Positions 16,675 through 25,600 are shown, numbered from the stretch's first letter. The stretch is DNA of 64,000 bases from Gemmatimonadales bacterium (GCA_035693225.1 DASSGV010000009.1:16527-80526); one strand, 5' to 3'. Notes: generated from the letters alone by a model not told the origin. A program made the numbers and translations.

Positions 16675-18299
16675 TGGCGATCAAGGGATCCCTGAAGGAG
16701 GCGAGCCTTCCCGACGTGCTGCAGCTCCTTTCCCTGGGGCGCAAGAGCGGCTGCCTGGCGGTCGCGGACCGCCAGAACTTCGGGTACATCTACTTCGACG
16801 AGGGACGGATCTGTTTCGCGTCGATCGTCAACCGTCGCGACCGGCTCGGCGACCTCCTGGTCAAGAACGGGCGGATCTCCCAGTCGCAGCTGCAGCAGGC
16901 CGTGGATCTCCAGGAGGAGCTCCGCGACCAGAAGCTCGGCGAGATCCTCGTCAACAGCGGCGCCATCAAGCGGATCGACCTGGAGGAGTACATCCGGCTC
17001 CAGATCGAGGAGGCGGTGTACTTCCTGTTCACCTGGGCCTCGGGGACCTTCAACTTCGAGGCGGGGGTCCGCCCCGACCGCCAGGACTTCCTCGTCAACA
17101 TCAATCCCGAGTCGCTCTTGCTCGAAGGGGCGCGCCGGGTGGACGAGTGGAGCCTGATCGAGAAGAAGATCCCGTCGTTCGACCTCATCTTTTCGCTCGA
17201 CCAGAAGCACCTGGAGGGCTCCCAGGTCAGCCTCTCGCCGGAGCAGGAGCGGTTGCTCCCGCTCCTCGACGGCCGCCACGACATCCACCAGCTCGTGGAG
17301 GACAGCGGCCTGGTGGAGTTCGAGGTCGGCAAGGCGCTCTACGGGTTCATCACCGCCGGGTTCGCCCATCGGGTGGGGAGTTCGACCGGGGCCGCGGAGC
17401 CCAGTGTCAGCGCCGCGCGGGTGGACGAACATCGCAACCTCGGCATCGCCTTCTACAAGACCGGGATGCTCGATGAGGCGCTGCGGGAGTTCCGCCGGGT
17501 GGCCGACCTCCGCCCCTCGGAGGCCAGCGCGCCCTTCTACGTCGGGCTGATCGCGCTCAAGCAGGCCAAGTGGTCCGAGGCCGTCGAATCGCTCCGCCTG
17601 GCGCTGGATCGGGGCGGGCCGCGGTCGGCGGCGCTCTACAACCTCGCCTTCGGCCTGGAGCGGATGGGCAAGCTGGACGACGCCGAGGCGACCTACGGCG
17701 AGGCGGTGACCCGGGCGCGCGACGACGCGCGGATCATGACCGGCTGGGCGATCGCGGCGCTCAAGCGGGGCGACGCCTCCGTCGCGTCGGGGCGGCTGCA
17801 GCGCGCCCGGGAATTGTGGGGCGCGAAAGCACCGCCGGCGATCTGGTACTGGGCCACGGCGCTTGCCCATGCGGTCGAATCCGACCTGGAACAGGCGATC
17901 CTGGTGGCCCAGGAGGGTGTGACGGCCTTTCCCACGCACGCGGTGCTCAAGAACAACCTGGCGGTGCTCCTGGAGCTGACCGGCGATGTCGCCGGCGCGG
18001 AGGCGGCCGTCCGCGAGGGGTTGAGCGAGGATCCCTCGGTGCCGCAGTTGTCGAAGAACCTGGGCGACCTGCTCTATCGGGCCGGCAAGTACGACGAGGC
18101 GGACGAGGCGTACCAGCGCGCGGCCAAGCTCGCCCCCGACCTCGGCGACGACCTCTACTTCAAGCTCGGGAACATCGCGTTCCGCCAGCGCGACACCGAT
18201 CGCGCGCGCGCCCAGTGGCAGCGGACCGTCGAGCTCAATCCCGATCACCAGCTGGCGCGGAGCAACCTGGAGTCGATGTCCTCCGAGGCCGCGGGATGA
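16674..18299 (+). CDS. PATAN (DUF4388) domain protein with MshEN/T2SSE_N-like motifs and C-terminal TPR (paralog of 11314-12462)
   Basis: ATG 16674 within frame 16632-18299. GSLKEASLPDVLQLLSLGRKSGCLAV...IYFDEGRICFA. RLGDLLVKNGRISQSQLQQAVDLQ + KLGEILVNSGAIKRIDLEEYIRLQ. The blocks WASGTFNFEAG and LLLEGARRVDEWSLIEKKIP mirror WSEGYFSFEEG and LMMEGARRIDEWSQIQQRIP in the paralog. At least 5 C-terminal TPRs. Confidence 0.78.
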   Translation: MAIKGSLKEASLPDVLQLLSLGRKSGCLAVADRQNFGYIYFDEGRICFASIVNRRDRLGDLLVKNGRISQSQLQQAVDLQEELRDQKLGEILVNSGAIKRIDLEEYIRLQIEEAVYFLFTWASGTFNFEAGVRPDRQDFLVNINPESLLLEGARRVDEWSLIEKKIPSFDLIFSLDQKHLEGSQVSLSPEQERLLPLLDGRHDIHQLVEDSGLVEFEVGKALYGFITAGFAHRVGSSTGAAEPSVSAARVDEHRNLGIAFYKTGMLDEALREFRRVADLRPSEASAPFYVGLIALKQAKWSEAVESLRLALDRGGPRSAALYNLAFGLERMGKLDDAEATYGEAVTRARDDARIMTGWAIAALKRGDASVASGRLQRARELWGAKAPPAIWYWATALAHAVESDLEQAILVAQEGVTAFPTHAVLKNNLAVLLELTGDVAGAEAAVREGLSEDPSVPQLSKNLGDLLYRAGKYDEADEAYQRAAKLAPDLGDDLYFKLGNIAFRQRDTDRARAQWQRTVELNPDHQLARSNLESMSSEAAG

Positions 18300-19120
18300 T
18301 CGAGGCCGGTGACGTCGACGGCTTCGCCGCGCTCACGCGGACGATCTCGACGACCGCCGGGCTCGCGCTCGAGGGGTACAAGGACAAGTGCCTCCGGCGC
18401 CGGATCGCGGTGCGGATGCGGGCGCGCGGCGTCCACACCTTTGCGGACTACGAGCGCCTGCTCGGTCAGGATCCCGGTGAGTACGAGAAGCTCACCGACG
18501 CGCTCACGATCAACGTCACCCGATTCTATCGGAACGCCGACACCTGGGGCCGCCTGACGCGTGACCTCCTGCCCGAGCTCTGGGCCGCCCGTCAGGGTGC
18601 GGTGCGGGTCTGGAGCGCGGGATGCTCGTCGGGAGAGGAGCCCTATACGATCGCGATGCTCCTGGCCGCGGAGGCGGAGCGGAGCGCCCGGCGGTCGTGG
18701 CTGGAGCGCGGCAGCATCGTGGCGACCGACATCGACAAGGTGTGCCTGGAGCGCGCCCGTGCCGCGCGGTACCCGGAGGCGGCCTTCTCGGAGACGCCTC
18801 CGGCGCTGACCGCCCGGTACACCGTCCCGGTGCCGTCCGGGCGGGAGATCGTCCCTGAGCTCCGCGCGCTGGTCGACTGCCGTCGGGCCGACCTGTTCCT
18901 CGACCCCGTACCGGGGCCGTCCTTCGACCTCATCACCTGTCGCAACGTGATCATCTATTTCGATCGTGGCAGTCAGGAGCAGCTCTTTTCCCGGTTCGCG
19001 GACGCGCTGGTGCCCGGGGGCCTCCTGGTGCTGGGCAAGGTGGAGACCCTCTTCGGGCCGGTGCGGGAGCGGCTCGAGCTCATCGACGTGCGCGAGCGGA
19101 TCTTCCGGAGGCCGGCGTGA
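18296..19120 (+). CDS. cheR: CheR chemoreceptor glutamate O-methyltransferase
   Basis: ATG 18296 within frame 17570-19120. N-terminal helical CheR domain (LRRRIAVRMRARGVHTFADY), TRFYRN, SAM-binding VWSAGCSSGEEPYTIAM, CRNVIIYFD. Confidence 0.9.
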   Translation: MIEAGDVDGFAALTRTISTTAGLALEGYKDKCLRRRIAVRMRARGVHTFADYERLLGQDPGEYEKLTDALTINVTRFYRNADTWGRLTRDLLPELWAARQGAVRVWSAGCSSGEEPYTIAMLLAAEAERSARRSWLERGSIVATDIDKVCLERARAARYPEAAFSETPPALTARYTVPVPSGREIVPELRALVDCRRADLFLDPVPGPSFDLITCRNVIIYFDRGSQEQLFSRFADALVPGGLLVLGKVETLFGPVRERLELIDVRERIFRRPA

Positions 19121-19611
19121 CCGGCCCTGACGCCGTCATCGTCAAGGTGGCTGAGCTCCGCGCCGGTGGGGCCGGCGCCGAACTCGTCACCCTCGGCCTG
19201 GGAAGTTGCGTCGCGATCATCCTCCACGATGCCGAGGCGCAGGTGGGCGGGATGGCGCACGTGATGCTCCCGTCGAAGTCCCTCTCGCATCGCGGTGCGG
19301 CGCAGGCGGCCAAGTTCCCCGAGACCGCGGTGCCGGCGCTGATCGAAGCGATGGCGGCGCTCGGCGCCCAACCCCGGCGGATGTCGGCGCGCCTGGTCGG
19401 AGGCGCCAGCATGTTCGCCGCGTTGACGCCCATGGGCGCGGTCCAGATGGGGGAGCGCAACGTGGTGGCCAGCCGCCAGGCGCTCGCGCTGGCGGGGATC
19501 CCGGTCGTGGGCGAGGCCACCGGTGGGACGGCGGGGCGGTCGGTGCGTCTCTTGGTGGCCGATGGGTCGGTCTCGATCCGGACGCTGGCCGATGGCATCC
19601 GCAAGCTCTGA
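19117..19611 (+). CDS. cheD: CheD chemoreceptor glutamine deamidase
   Basis: 164 aa. [14 protein letters not shown]...GGMAHVMLP (catalytic Cys/His context), [19 protein letters not shown] overlap with cheR. Confidence 0.88.
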   Translation: MTGPDAVIVKVAELRAGGAGAELVTLGLGSCVAIILHDAEAQVGGMAHVMLPSKSLSHRGAAQAAKFPETAVPALIEAMAALGAQPRRMSARLVGGASMFAALTPMGAVQMGERNVVASRQALALAGIPVVGEATGGTAGRSVRLLVADGSVSIRTLADGIRKL

Positions 19612-20674
19612 CCTGCCGTCGGTCCTGGTGGTCGACGACAGTGCCCTGTTCCGTCGGGTGCTGACCGAGATCATCGACGCGACCGGCGAGTTCCGGGTGG
19701 CGGCCACCGCGCGCGACGGCCTGGACGCGCTGCGGAAGCTGCACAAGTACGTGCCGGACATCGTCACGATGGACCTGGAGATGCCCGAACTCGACGGGCT
19801 GGGCACCATCGGCTACATCATGTCCGAGTCGCCCCGGCCGATCGTCGTGGTGAGCGCGTACGCCGGAGCGGGGACCGCCGGCGCCATCCGCGCGCTCGAG
19901 CTCGGCGCCGTGGAGCTGGTGCCGAAGGAACTCGATCCGTCCACCGAGTCGATCCGACGGCTCGCCCCCAGGATCCTCGCGGCGCTTCGGGCGGCGCGGG
20001 CCGCGGACATCCATCGGGTGAGCCCGCTCGCGCGCCCCCCGCGGCCGGAGCCGCCCCGGTCGGCCGACGTCTTTGCCTTGCCGGGCCGGGCCCGCTGGTG
20101 CGTCGCGATCGCCGCATCGACCGGCGGGCCCCGGGCGTTGGCCGAGGTGGTCCCGGCGCTCAAGCCGGGGCAGGGGGCCGCGGCCCTCATCGTCCAGCAC
20201 ATGCCGCCAAAGTTCACGCGCTCCCTGGCGGAGCGGCTGGCCACCCAGAGCCGCATGACCGTGGTCGAGGCGGAGGATCAGGCGCCGGTGCTGGCCGATA
20301 CCGCGTACATCGCCCCGGGCGATTATCATATGCGGGTGACCGCCGGCGAGAACGGGATCCGGATCGTGCTGGGCCAGGACGCGGCACAGCACGGGGTCCG
20401 CCCCGCCGCCGATCCCCTGTTCGAGTCGGTGGCCCAGGTCTTCGGACGCCGCAGCGTGGGCGTGGTGCTCACCGGCCTCGGTCGCGATGGCGCCGCGGGG
20501 CTCAAGCAGATCCACGATGCCGGCGGGGTCGGCGTGGCACAGGATCGGGAGAGCGCCACGATCTATGGAATGCCCAAGGCCGCCTTCGAGTCGGGTGGGG
20601 CCGACGCCGTGCTCCCGCTGGACCGGATCGCCGGGCGCATCGGCGAGGAGCTCGAACGGATGAAGCGCGGATGA
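19592..20674 (+). CDS. cheB: CheB protein-glutamate methylesterase (REC + CheB_methylest)
   Basis: ATG 19592 ([22 protein letters not shown]...). REC Asp in [13 protein letters not shown]. Esterase motifs [36 protein letters not shown]. Overlaps cheD by 20 nt. Confidence 0.92.
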   Translation: MASASSDLPSVLVVDDSALFRRVLTEIIDATGEFRVAATARDGLDALRKLHKYVPDIVTMDLEMPELDGLGTIGYIMSESPRPIVVVSAYAGAGTAGAIRALELGAVELVPKELDPSTESIRRLAPRILAALRAARAADIHRVSPLARPPRPEPPRSADVFALPGRARWCVAIAASTGGPRALAEVVPALKPGQGAAALIVQHMPPKFTRSLAERLATQSRMTVVEAEDQAPVLADTAYIAPGDYHMRVTAGENGIRIVLGQDAAQHGVRPAADPLFESVAQVFGRRSVGVVLTGLGRDGAAGLKQIHDAGGVGVAQDRESATIYGMPKAAFESGGADAVLPLDRIAGRIGEELERMKRG

Positions 20675-21117
20675 CCGCCACGGCGGTGCGCTACCTCGAG
20701 CTGACCGCCGGAGGCCGCCGCTACGGATTGCCGGTCTCCCAGGTGGTCGAAGTGGGCGAACCGGGCCCGGTGCTCGCGGCACCGACCCAGGCGCCGTCCC
20801 TCCGCGGCGTAAGCGAGGCGCGGGGCAGGCTCGTCCCGGTGCTGCACCTGGCCGCTTTCCTGGCCGGTGCGCCGTGCCCCTCCGAGCGGGGGACCGCCTT
20901 GGTGCTGGTTCGTTCCGGCGACGGCGCCGGAGACGGCCTGGTGGCGCTGGAAGTGGATGACGTCTTTGCGGTGGTGCGCGGGCCGGTGCTGCCGGCCGCC
21001 GAGCTGCCCTCGCTGCCCTGGGCCACCGGCCTGGCGCAGCGGGACGATGGGACCCTCCCGATCCTTGACCTCAGCACGCTTGCGGATCGACTCCGCGGCC
21101 TCGGAGTTCCGGCATGA
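20671..21117 (+). CDS. cheW: CheW-like coupling protein (CheW-2, divergent)
   Basis: ATG 20671 within frame 20098-21117. [21 protein letters not shown]...[17 protein letters not shown]...[14 protein letters not shown] fits the CheW-domain pattern. ATGA overlap with cheB. Confidence 0.75.
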   Translation: MTATAVRYLELTAGGRRYGLPVSQVVEVGEPGPVLAAPTQAPSLRGVSEARGRLVPVLHLAAFLAGAPCPSERGTALVLVRSGDGAGDGLVALEVDDVFAVVRGPVLPAAELPSLPWATGLAQRDDGTLPILDLSTLADRLRGLGVPA

Positions 21118-21581
21118 CGACGACCGGCGATGAGATCCAGATCGTGACCTTCCGCGTCGGGACGCAGGAATTCGGCCTGAACGTGTTCCAGGTCGAGCGC
21201 ATCCTGCGCTACGAAGCGCCCTCCGCACTGCCGAAGGCGCCCGATTTCCTCGAGGGCGTGGTGCAGTTCGACGGCAGCGTCGTTCCCGTCGTCGACCTGC
21301 GCAAGCGGCTCACCCTTCCGGCGGAGCGGCAGGAGGACACCCGGCTGATGGTGCTGGATGTCGACGGCCAGCGGGTCGGGATCATCGTCGATCAGGTGCT
21401 CGACGTGCTGCGGGTGGACGGTGGTGCGGTCACGGCCCCGCCCCCGATCGTGCGCGGGCTCGCGGCCGAGTACATCAGCGGGCTCCTGGCGCAGGGTCCG
21501 CGCACCGTCGTCATCCTGAATGCCGGGCGCCTGTTGACATCCAAGGAACGGCTGGCACTCGCCAAGGTCGGCGCCGCCTGA
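21114..21581 (+). CDS. cheW: CheW coupling protein (CheW-3)
   Basis: 155 aa. IVTFRVGTQEFGLNVFQVERILRY...FLEGVVQFDGSVVPVVDLRKRL...VGIIVDQVLDVLRV. Confidence 0.88.
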   Translation: MTTTGDEIQIVTFRVGTQEFGLNVFQVERILRYEAPSALPKAPDFLEGVVQFDGSVVPVVDLRKRLTLPAERQEDTRLMVLDVDGQRVGIIVDQVLDVLRVDGGAVTAPPPIVRGLAAEYISGLLAQGPRTVVILNAGRLLTSKERLALAKVGAA

Positions 21582-21594
21582 CCGCCCCCATCCC

Positions 21595-22467
21595 ATGACC
21601 GACACCCTCATCGAACCACTCCGCGCCGAGTACCAGGCGATCGCTGCCCGCGTCGATGCCGTCACCGGCTTTGCCGAGCGGGAGGGGCTGAAGCGGGAGA
21701 TCATCGCGTTCTTCAAGCGGGTCGACGGCGCCCTCACCGACCTGACCCAGCTGAAGGAGGACATCCGGACGCTGGTGGAGAAGTACAAACAGGTGAGTGC
21801 GGCCTCCGACACCGCCCAGGCCCCCCAGTTCACCGGCGCGCGCCCGATCGTGCAGGTCGATCACATCGGTGCCTCGACCTTCATCGAGAAGGGGTGGAGC
21901 CTCATCTCCCTCGGCGATTACGCCGGGGCCATCCAGGCGCTGCAGAAGGCGCTGGCGCTCTCGCCCAACGAGGTGCAGGCGCAGTCGCTCCTGGGGTGGG
22001 CGCAGATGCTCCACGAGGAGTACGATGACGCCCTCGCCACCTTCTCCAAGGTGCTGATGAAGGAGCCGGCCAACTCGCTGGCCCGCATCAACGTCGGCTA
22101 CATCTGCCTGAAGAAGCGGATCTTCGGCGAGGCCATCGAGCACCTCTCCAAGGCCATCCGGCTGGACAACGACCGCAAGGCCACGCTGTACGCCCACTAC
22201 TACCTCGGCCTGGTGTACCTGGAGCGCGAGATGTTCGAGGACGCCCAGGTGTTCTTCCAGAAGACCCTCCAGCTCGGTCCCAATCTGATCGAGGCGTTCT
22301 ACGAACTGGGCCGGGCGCAATGGTTCGCCGGAGAACCCGACGCCGCCAAGCAGACCTGGACCGACGGGCACAAGGCCAACAAGTTCAATCCGTGGGGCAA
22401 ACGCTGCAAAGAGATGCTCGACCTGGTCGCCTCGGGAGGAGAGCCGCCGCGCTCACCGCCGGCCTGA
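21595..22467 (+). CDS. Coiled-coil + TPR-repeat protein (290 aa)
   Basis: N-terminal heptad-like region, then TPRs (GDYAGAIQALQKALALSPNE, YDDALATFSKVLMKEPAN, FGEAIEHLSKAIRLDND, FEDAQVFFQKTLQLGPN). Last gene of the che-mgl block. Confidence 0.8.
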   Translation: MTDTLIEPLRAEYQAIAARVDAVTGFAEREGLKREIIAFFKRVDGALTDLTQLKEDIRTLVEKYKQVSAASDTAQAPQFTGARPIVQVDHIGASTFIEKGWSLISLGDYAGAIQALQKALALSPNEVQAQSLLGWAQMLHEEYDDALATFSKVLMKEPANSLARINVGYICLKKRIFGEAIEHLSKAIRLDNDRKATLYAHYYLGLVYLEREMFEDAQVFFQKTLQLGPNLIEAFYELGRAQWFAGEPDAAKQTWTDGHKANKFNPWGKRCKEMLDLVASGGEPPRSPPA

Positions 22468-23351
22468 TCCTGGTCGGATGGGCGGCGCTCATCGGTGGCG
22501 CGCCTCCGGACTCCCTCCAGAGCATCCGCGTCGGCCGGGTGACGGCCTACGCCACCGCGCCACATCTCGACCTGGCCACGGCGCTGGCGGATCTGGCCGA
22601 CCGGCCCGCCGCCTGGCCCGGCCTCGGCGTGCGGGACGCCGGTCCGCTGCGCCTGATCGTGGTCGCGGACAGCAAGGCGTTCGGCGCCGTGACGCGTGGG
22701 CGGGTACCGGGCTGGGGTGCCGGCGTGGCCCTCCCTTCGGCGCGGATCATCGTGCTCCGCGCCGACCTTCCGGACGTGACCACCACCCTTCGACATGAAC
22801 TTGCGCACGTGGTGCTGCACGGCGCCATCCGGACCCGCGTGCCGCTCTGGTTCGACGAGGGGTACGCGACCGTCGCGTCGGGCGGGTGGGACCTGAGTCA
22901 GCGGTTCGCACTCCATCTGTCCGTGGCACTGGGTGGGGTACCGGAGTTCCGGGACCTCGACGGGGCACTGCGGGGGACGGAGCCCACGGCCGATCGCGCC
23001 TACGGGTTGGCCGCGGCCGCCGTCCTCGGCCTGGCCCGCCGGATCCCCGGTGGGGACCTGGGTCCGCTCCTCTCCCAACTCGCGGAGGGCCAGTCCTTCG
23101 ATTCCGCGGTGCATCTGGTGACCGGGCGGACGCTGCCCCAGTTCGAGTATGAATGGCGCCACGACACCCGGCGTCAGTACGGCGGCGTCACCTGGGTCGC
23201 CGGGGCGGGGCTCTGGCTGCTGATGACCTTCGGGGTCGTGATGGCGTGGGCACTGCACCGGCGGATCGAGGCGCCACGACGCGCCGCACTCGACGTCGAC
23301 TGGCCCGCCCCCGAGCCGGAGCAACTTGACCATCACGATCCGACCGGCTAA
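22320..23351 (+). CDS. Membrane-anchored peptidase-MA-like (gluzincin) protein
   Basis: HExxH in TLRHELAHVVLHG, followed by WFDEGYA (third-ligand Glu motif). N-terminal and C-terminal hydrophobic segments. The annotated ATG 22320 overlaps the upstream TPR gene by 148 nt, so the true start is probably internal (about 22440-22470) and is unresolved. Confidence 0.65.
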   Translation: MVRRRTRRRQADLDRRAQGQQVQSVGQTLQRDARPGRLGRRAAALTAGLILVGWAALIGGAPPDSLQSIRVGRVTAYATAPHLDLATALADLADRPAAWPGLGVRDAGPLRLIVVADSKAFGAVTRGRVPGWGAGVALPSARIIVLRADLPDVTTTLRHELAHVVLHGAIRTRVPLWFDEGYATVASGGWDLSQRFALHLSVALGGVPEFRDLDGALRGTEPTADRAYGLAAAAVLGLARRIPGGDLGPLLSQLAEGQSFDSAVHLVTGRTLPQFEYEWRHDTRRQYGGVTWVAGAGLWLLMTFGVVMAWALHRRIEAPRRAALDVDWPAPEPEQLDHHDPTG

Positions 23352-23362
23352 CCTCCTGCGAT

Positions 23363-23554
23363 ATGTCGACTTCCAGCACTCCCGGCCGTACCGCAGGATC
23401 CGTTCTCGGCCGGAAGAACTTCCTGTTGTTGGGCGCCGGTGTGCTCGTCCTGGTGGCGGGCTACGTCCTGCTCACCAGCGGGCATCCGTCGTTCGCCGCC
23501 GCGGTGCTGGTCCTCGGCTACTGCGTCCTCGTCCCTCTCGGCCTCGCCCTGTAG
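23363..23554 (+). CDS. Small two-TM membrane protein (63 aa, hypothetical)
   Basis: ATG ORF with two hydrophobic helices (FLLLGAGVLVLVAGYVLL, FAAAVLVLGYCVLVPLGLAL). GC3-rich codon use consistent with neighbours. No recognisable family. Confidence 0.5.
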   Translation: MSTSSTPGRTAGSVLGRKNFLLLGAGVLVLVAGYVLLTSGHPSFAAAVLVLGYCVLVPLGLAL

Positions 23555-23572
23555 GGTCGGGAGGACCGCTCG

Positions 23573-23646
23573 GGGCGAATAGCTCAGCGGTTCAGAGCGC
23601 CTGCCTTACACGCAGGATGTCGGGGGTTCGAATCCCTCTTCGCCCA
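23573..23646 (+). tRNA. tRNA-Val (anticodon TAC)
   Basis: Cloverleaf read by eye. Acceptor GGGCGAA/TTCGCCC, D-arm AGCTCAGCGGTTCAGAGC, anticodon stem-loop CCTGC-CTTACAC-GCAGG, T-arm GGGGGTTCGAATCCCTC, discriminator A. CCA is not encoded. Confidence 0.9.
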
Positions 23647-23705
23647 GTCTGCCGGAGTCCCCGCCGGCGCGATCTGTCCGTCGGCCACCCCTCAGTGGAG
23701 GCGTA

Positions 23706-25475
23706 GTGATGACATTGCTGCAGCGTCCCACCTCGACCCTCCGACCCGGTGCCATCCTGACCGGCTTGATGCTCGTGGGAGCTGTCGTGCCCGGGGCCGC
23801 CCAGATCCCGTTGCAGCAGCGGACGGTCAACCACGCTCCCCGCCTGCTGGTGGCCAACCCCTCCATCGACCGGGCCGCCGACTCGGCAGCCTCCGTCGCG
23901 ATCGGGGACGGGATGCGGCAGCGGATGCCCCACACCGCGGGCGACCGGTTCGTGGTGGTGACCCGCAAGGAGATGGGCGACGCGCTCGACCAGTTCGGTT
24001 TTCCGCGGGACGCCATCCTGACCCCCGAAGTGGCGCGCAAGCTGGCCAGCGCGCTCAACGCCCGGATCCTGGTCACCAGCGTGCTGGGGAAGGACGGCGG
24101 GTCGCGCTATCGCCTGGTGGCCCGATTCGTCGGTTTGAGCGATGACGCGGGGCGGACGATCGTGCAGGTGCAGGGGCAGGGCCAGTCCCTTGACGCCTTC
24201 GGGGCGGCGGGGGCCGACGCGTTCGAGGCGGCGCTGCGGGCCCACCAGGACGCGAAGGCCTGCCTCGACAAGCTGCAGGATGTGAAGCCCGATTCGACCA
24301 AGGCCGGCGACCTGGCCCGGCACGCGCTGCGCACCGATCCGGACAACGGGTTGGCGCATTTCTGCCTGGCCCAGTCACTCAAGTCACAGCACGCCCCCGA
24401 CTCCGCCTGGGTCGGCGAGCTCGACCGTGCCGTGCAGGGCGACTCGCTGAGCCTTCCGGCGATGACGCAGCTGGCCCAGTACTACCAGGCCCACGCCGAC
24501 ACCGCCGCGGTGGTGCTCAAGTTCCAGCAGATGGTGCAGGCGGCCCCGACCAACGTGCCGCTGATCGAGGCGGCGTCGAAGGTCTTCCGCCAGTATGGGC
24601 ATCCGGAGGCGGCCGAACAGGTGGCCGATCGCGGCATCGCGCTCGATTCCACCGACGCCGCCATGTGGGACTTGAAGAGCAGCGCGTGCGTCTATCAGTC
24701 GAAGTACACCTGCGCCGTCCACGCCCTGGAAGAGCTCCTGGCGGCGGACAGCACCAAGGGTGACTCGATGTTCTACGTCCGCCTGACCGTCACCGCGGCC
24801 GCCAACACCGACACCGCCTCGCTGGTACAGTCCGCCCTCAAGTGGGGCCAGGTGGGGCTGCGGAAATATCCGGGGAACGCCACGTTGCTGGGACAGCTGC
24901 TGACCCTGTACTCGACGTCGAAGATGTGGGACAGTGTCGTGGCGTTCACCAGCCGGGTGATGGCGCTCGACTCGACCGACATGACCACCCCGCAGGCGAC
25001 CATCCAGGCGCTGACCGCGGCCAAGCAGCGTTTCGACTTCGTCGACTCGCTGGCGCGGCGGGTCATTGCCCGGGGCGATGCCCAGGCCAAACAGAACGTG
25101 GCCGGCATGCTGGTGAACGCCGGCCTGCCGTTGCTCCAGGTCAAGCCGCCGGTCGCCGACACGGCCGGGATGCTCTTCACCACCGCCATCGCCGCGATGG
25201 ACTCGACCAACTCGGTCTGGGCCACGGCGCACTACCTCAACGGGATCGCGGCGTTCATCGGCGTGACGCAGATGGACTCCGTGACGCTGGCGACGAAGAA
25301 CTGCGACCGCGTCAAGGTCGAGGCGGCCAGGCTGGTGCAGGCCCGGGCCGACCTGACCGTCGGCAAGTCCTCCACCCAGGCGCAGATCGCCCAGCAATCG
25401 GCGACCTACCTCGGATACATCGACAAGTACGAACCGCACGTCACGTCGATGCTCAAGGCGTTCAAGTGCCAGTAA
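23706..25475 (+). CDS. Secreted helical-repeat (TPR-like) protein, hypothetical
   Basis: 589 aa. N-terminal signal-like segment (GAILTGLMLVGAVVPGAAQ). Alpha-helical repeat character (e.g. GLAHFCLAQSLKSQHAPDSA, HPEAAEQVADRGIALDSTD). Starts GTG 23706 / ATG 23709. Confidence 0.6.
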   Translation: MMTLLQRPTSTLRPGAILTGLMLVGAVVPGAAQIPLQQRTVNHAPRLLVANPSIDRAADSAASVAIGDGMRQRMPHTAGDRFVVVTRKEMGDALDQFGFPRDAILTPEVARKLASALNARILVTSVLGKDGGSRYRLVARFVGLSDDAGRTIVQVQGQGQSLDAFGAAGADAFEAALRAHQDAKACLDKLQDVKPDSTKAGDLARHALRTDPDNGLAHFCLAQSLKSQHAPDSAWVGELDRAVQGDSLSLPAMTQLAQYYQAHADTAAVVLKFQQMVQAAPTNVPLIEAASKVFRQYGHPEAAEQVADRGIALDSTDAAMWDLKSSACVYQSKYTCAVHALEELLAADSTKGDSMFYVRLTVTAAANTDTASLVQSALKWGQVGLRKYPGNATLLGQLLTLYSTSKMWDSVVAFTSRVMALDSTDMTTPQATIQALTAAKQRFDFVDSLARRVIARGDAQAKQNVAGMLVNAGLPLLQVKPPVADTAGMLFTTAIAAMDSTNSVWATAHYLNGIAAFIGVTQMDSVTLATKNCDRVKVEAARLVQARADLTVGKSSTQAQIAQQSATYLGYIDKYEPHVTSMLKAFKCQ

Positions 25476-25525
25476 GGCCCCTACCGTCGGGCCGGGGCGG
25501 CGTGTATTATTGCGCCCGCCGTGCA

Positions 25526-25600
25526 GGGGCTGTAGCTCAGCTTGGTTAGAGTGCCGCACTGTCACTGCGGAGGTCGCGGGTTCGAGCCCCGTCAGCCCCG
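25526..25600 (+). tRNA. tRNA-Asp (anticodon GTC)
   Basis: Acceptor GGGGCTG/CAGCCCC, D-arm TAGCTCAGCTTGGTTAGAG, anticodon stem-loop CCGCA-CTGTCAC-TGCGG, T-arm GCGGGTTCGAGCCCCGT, discriminator G. CCA is not encoded. Confidence 0.9.

Noticed and set aside
23573-25600. tRNA-Val and tRNA-Asp as markers of an integrated genomic island or prophage
   Set aside because: There is no integrase, transposase or phage-like gene nearby. I noticed no direct repeat of a tRNA 3' end, and composition and codon style match the flanks by eye. The 589-aa gene between them looks native.
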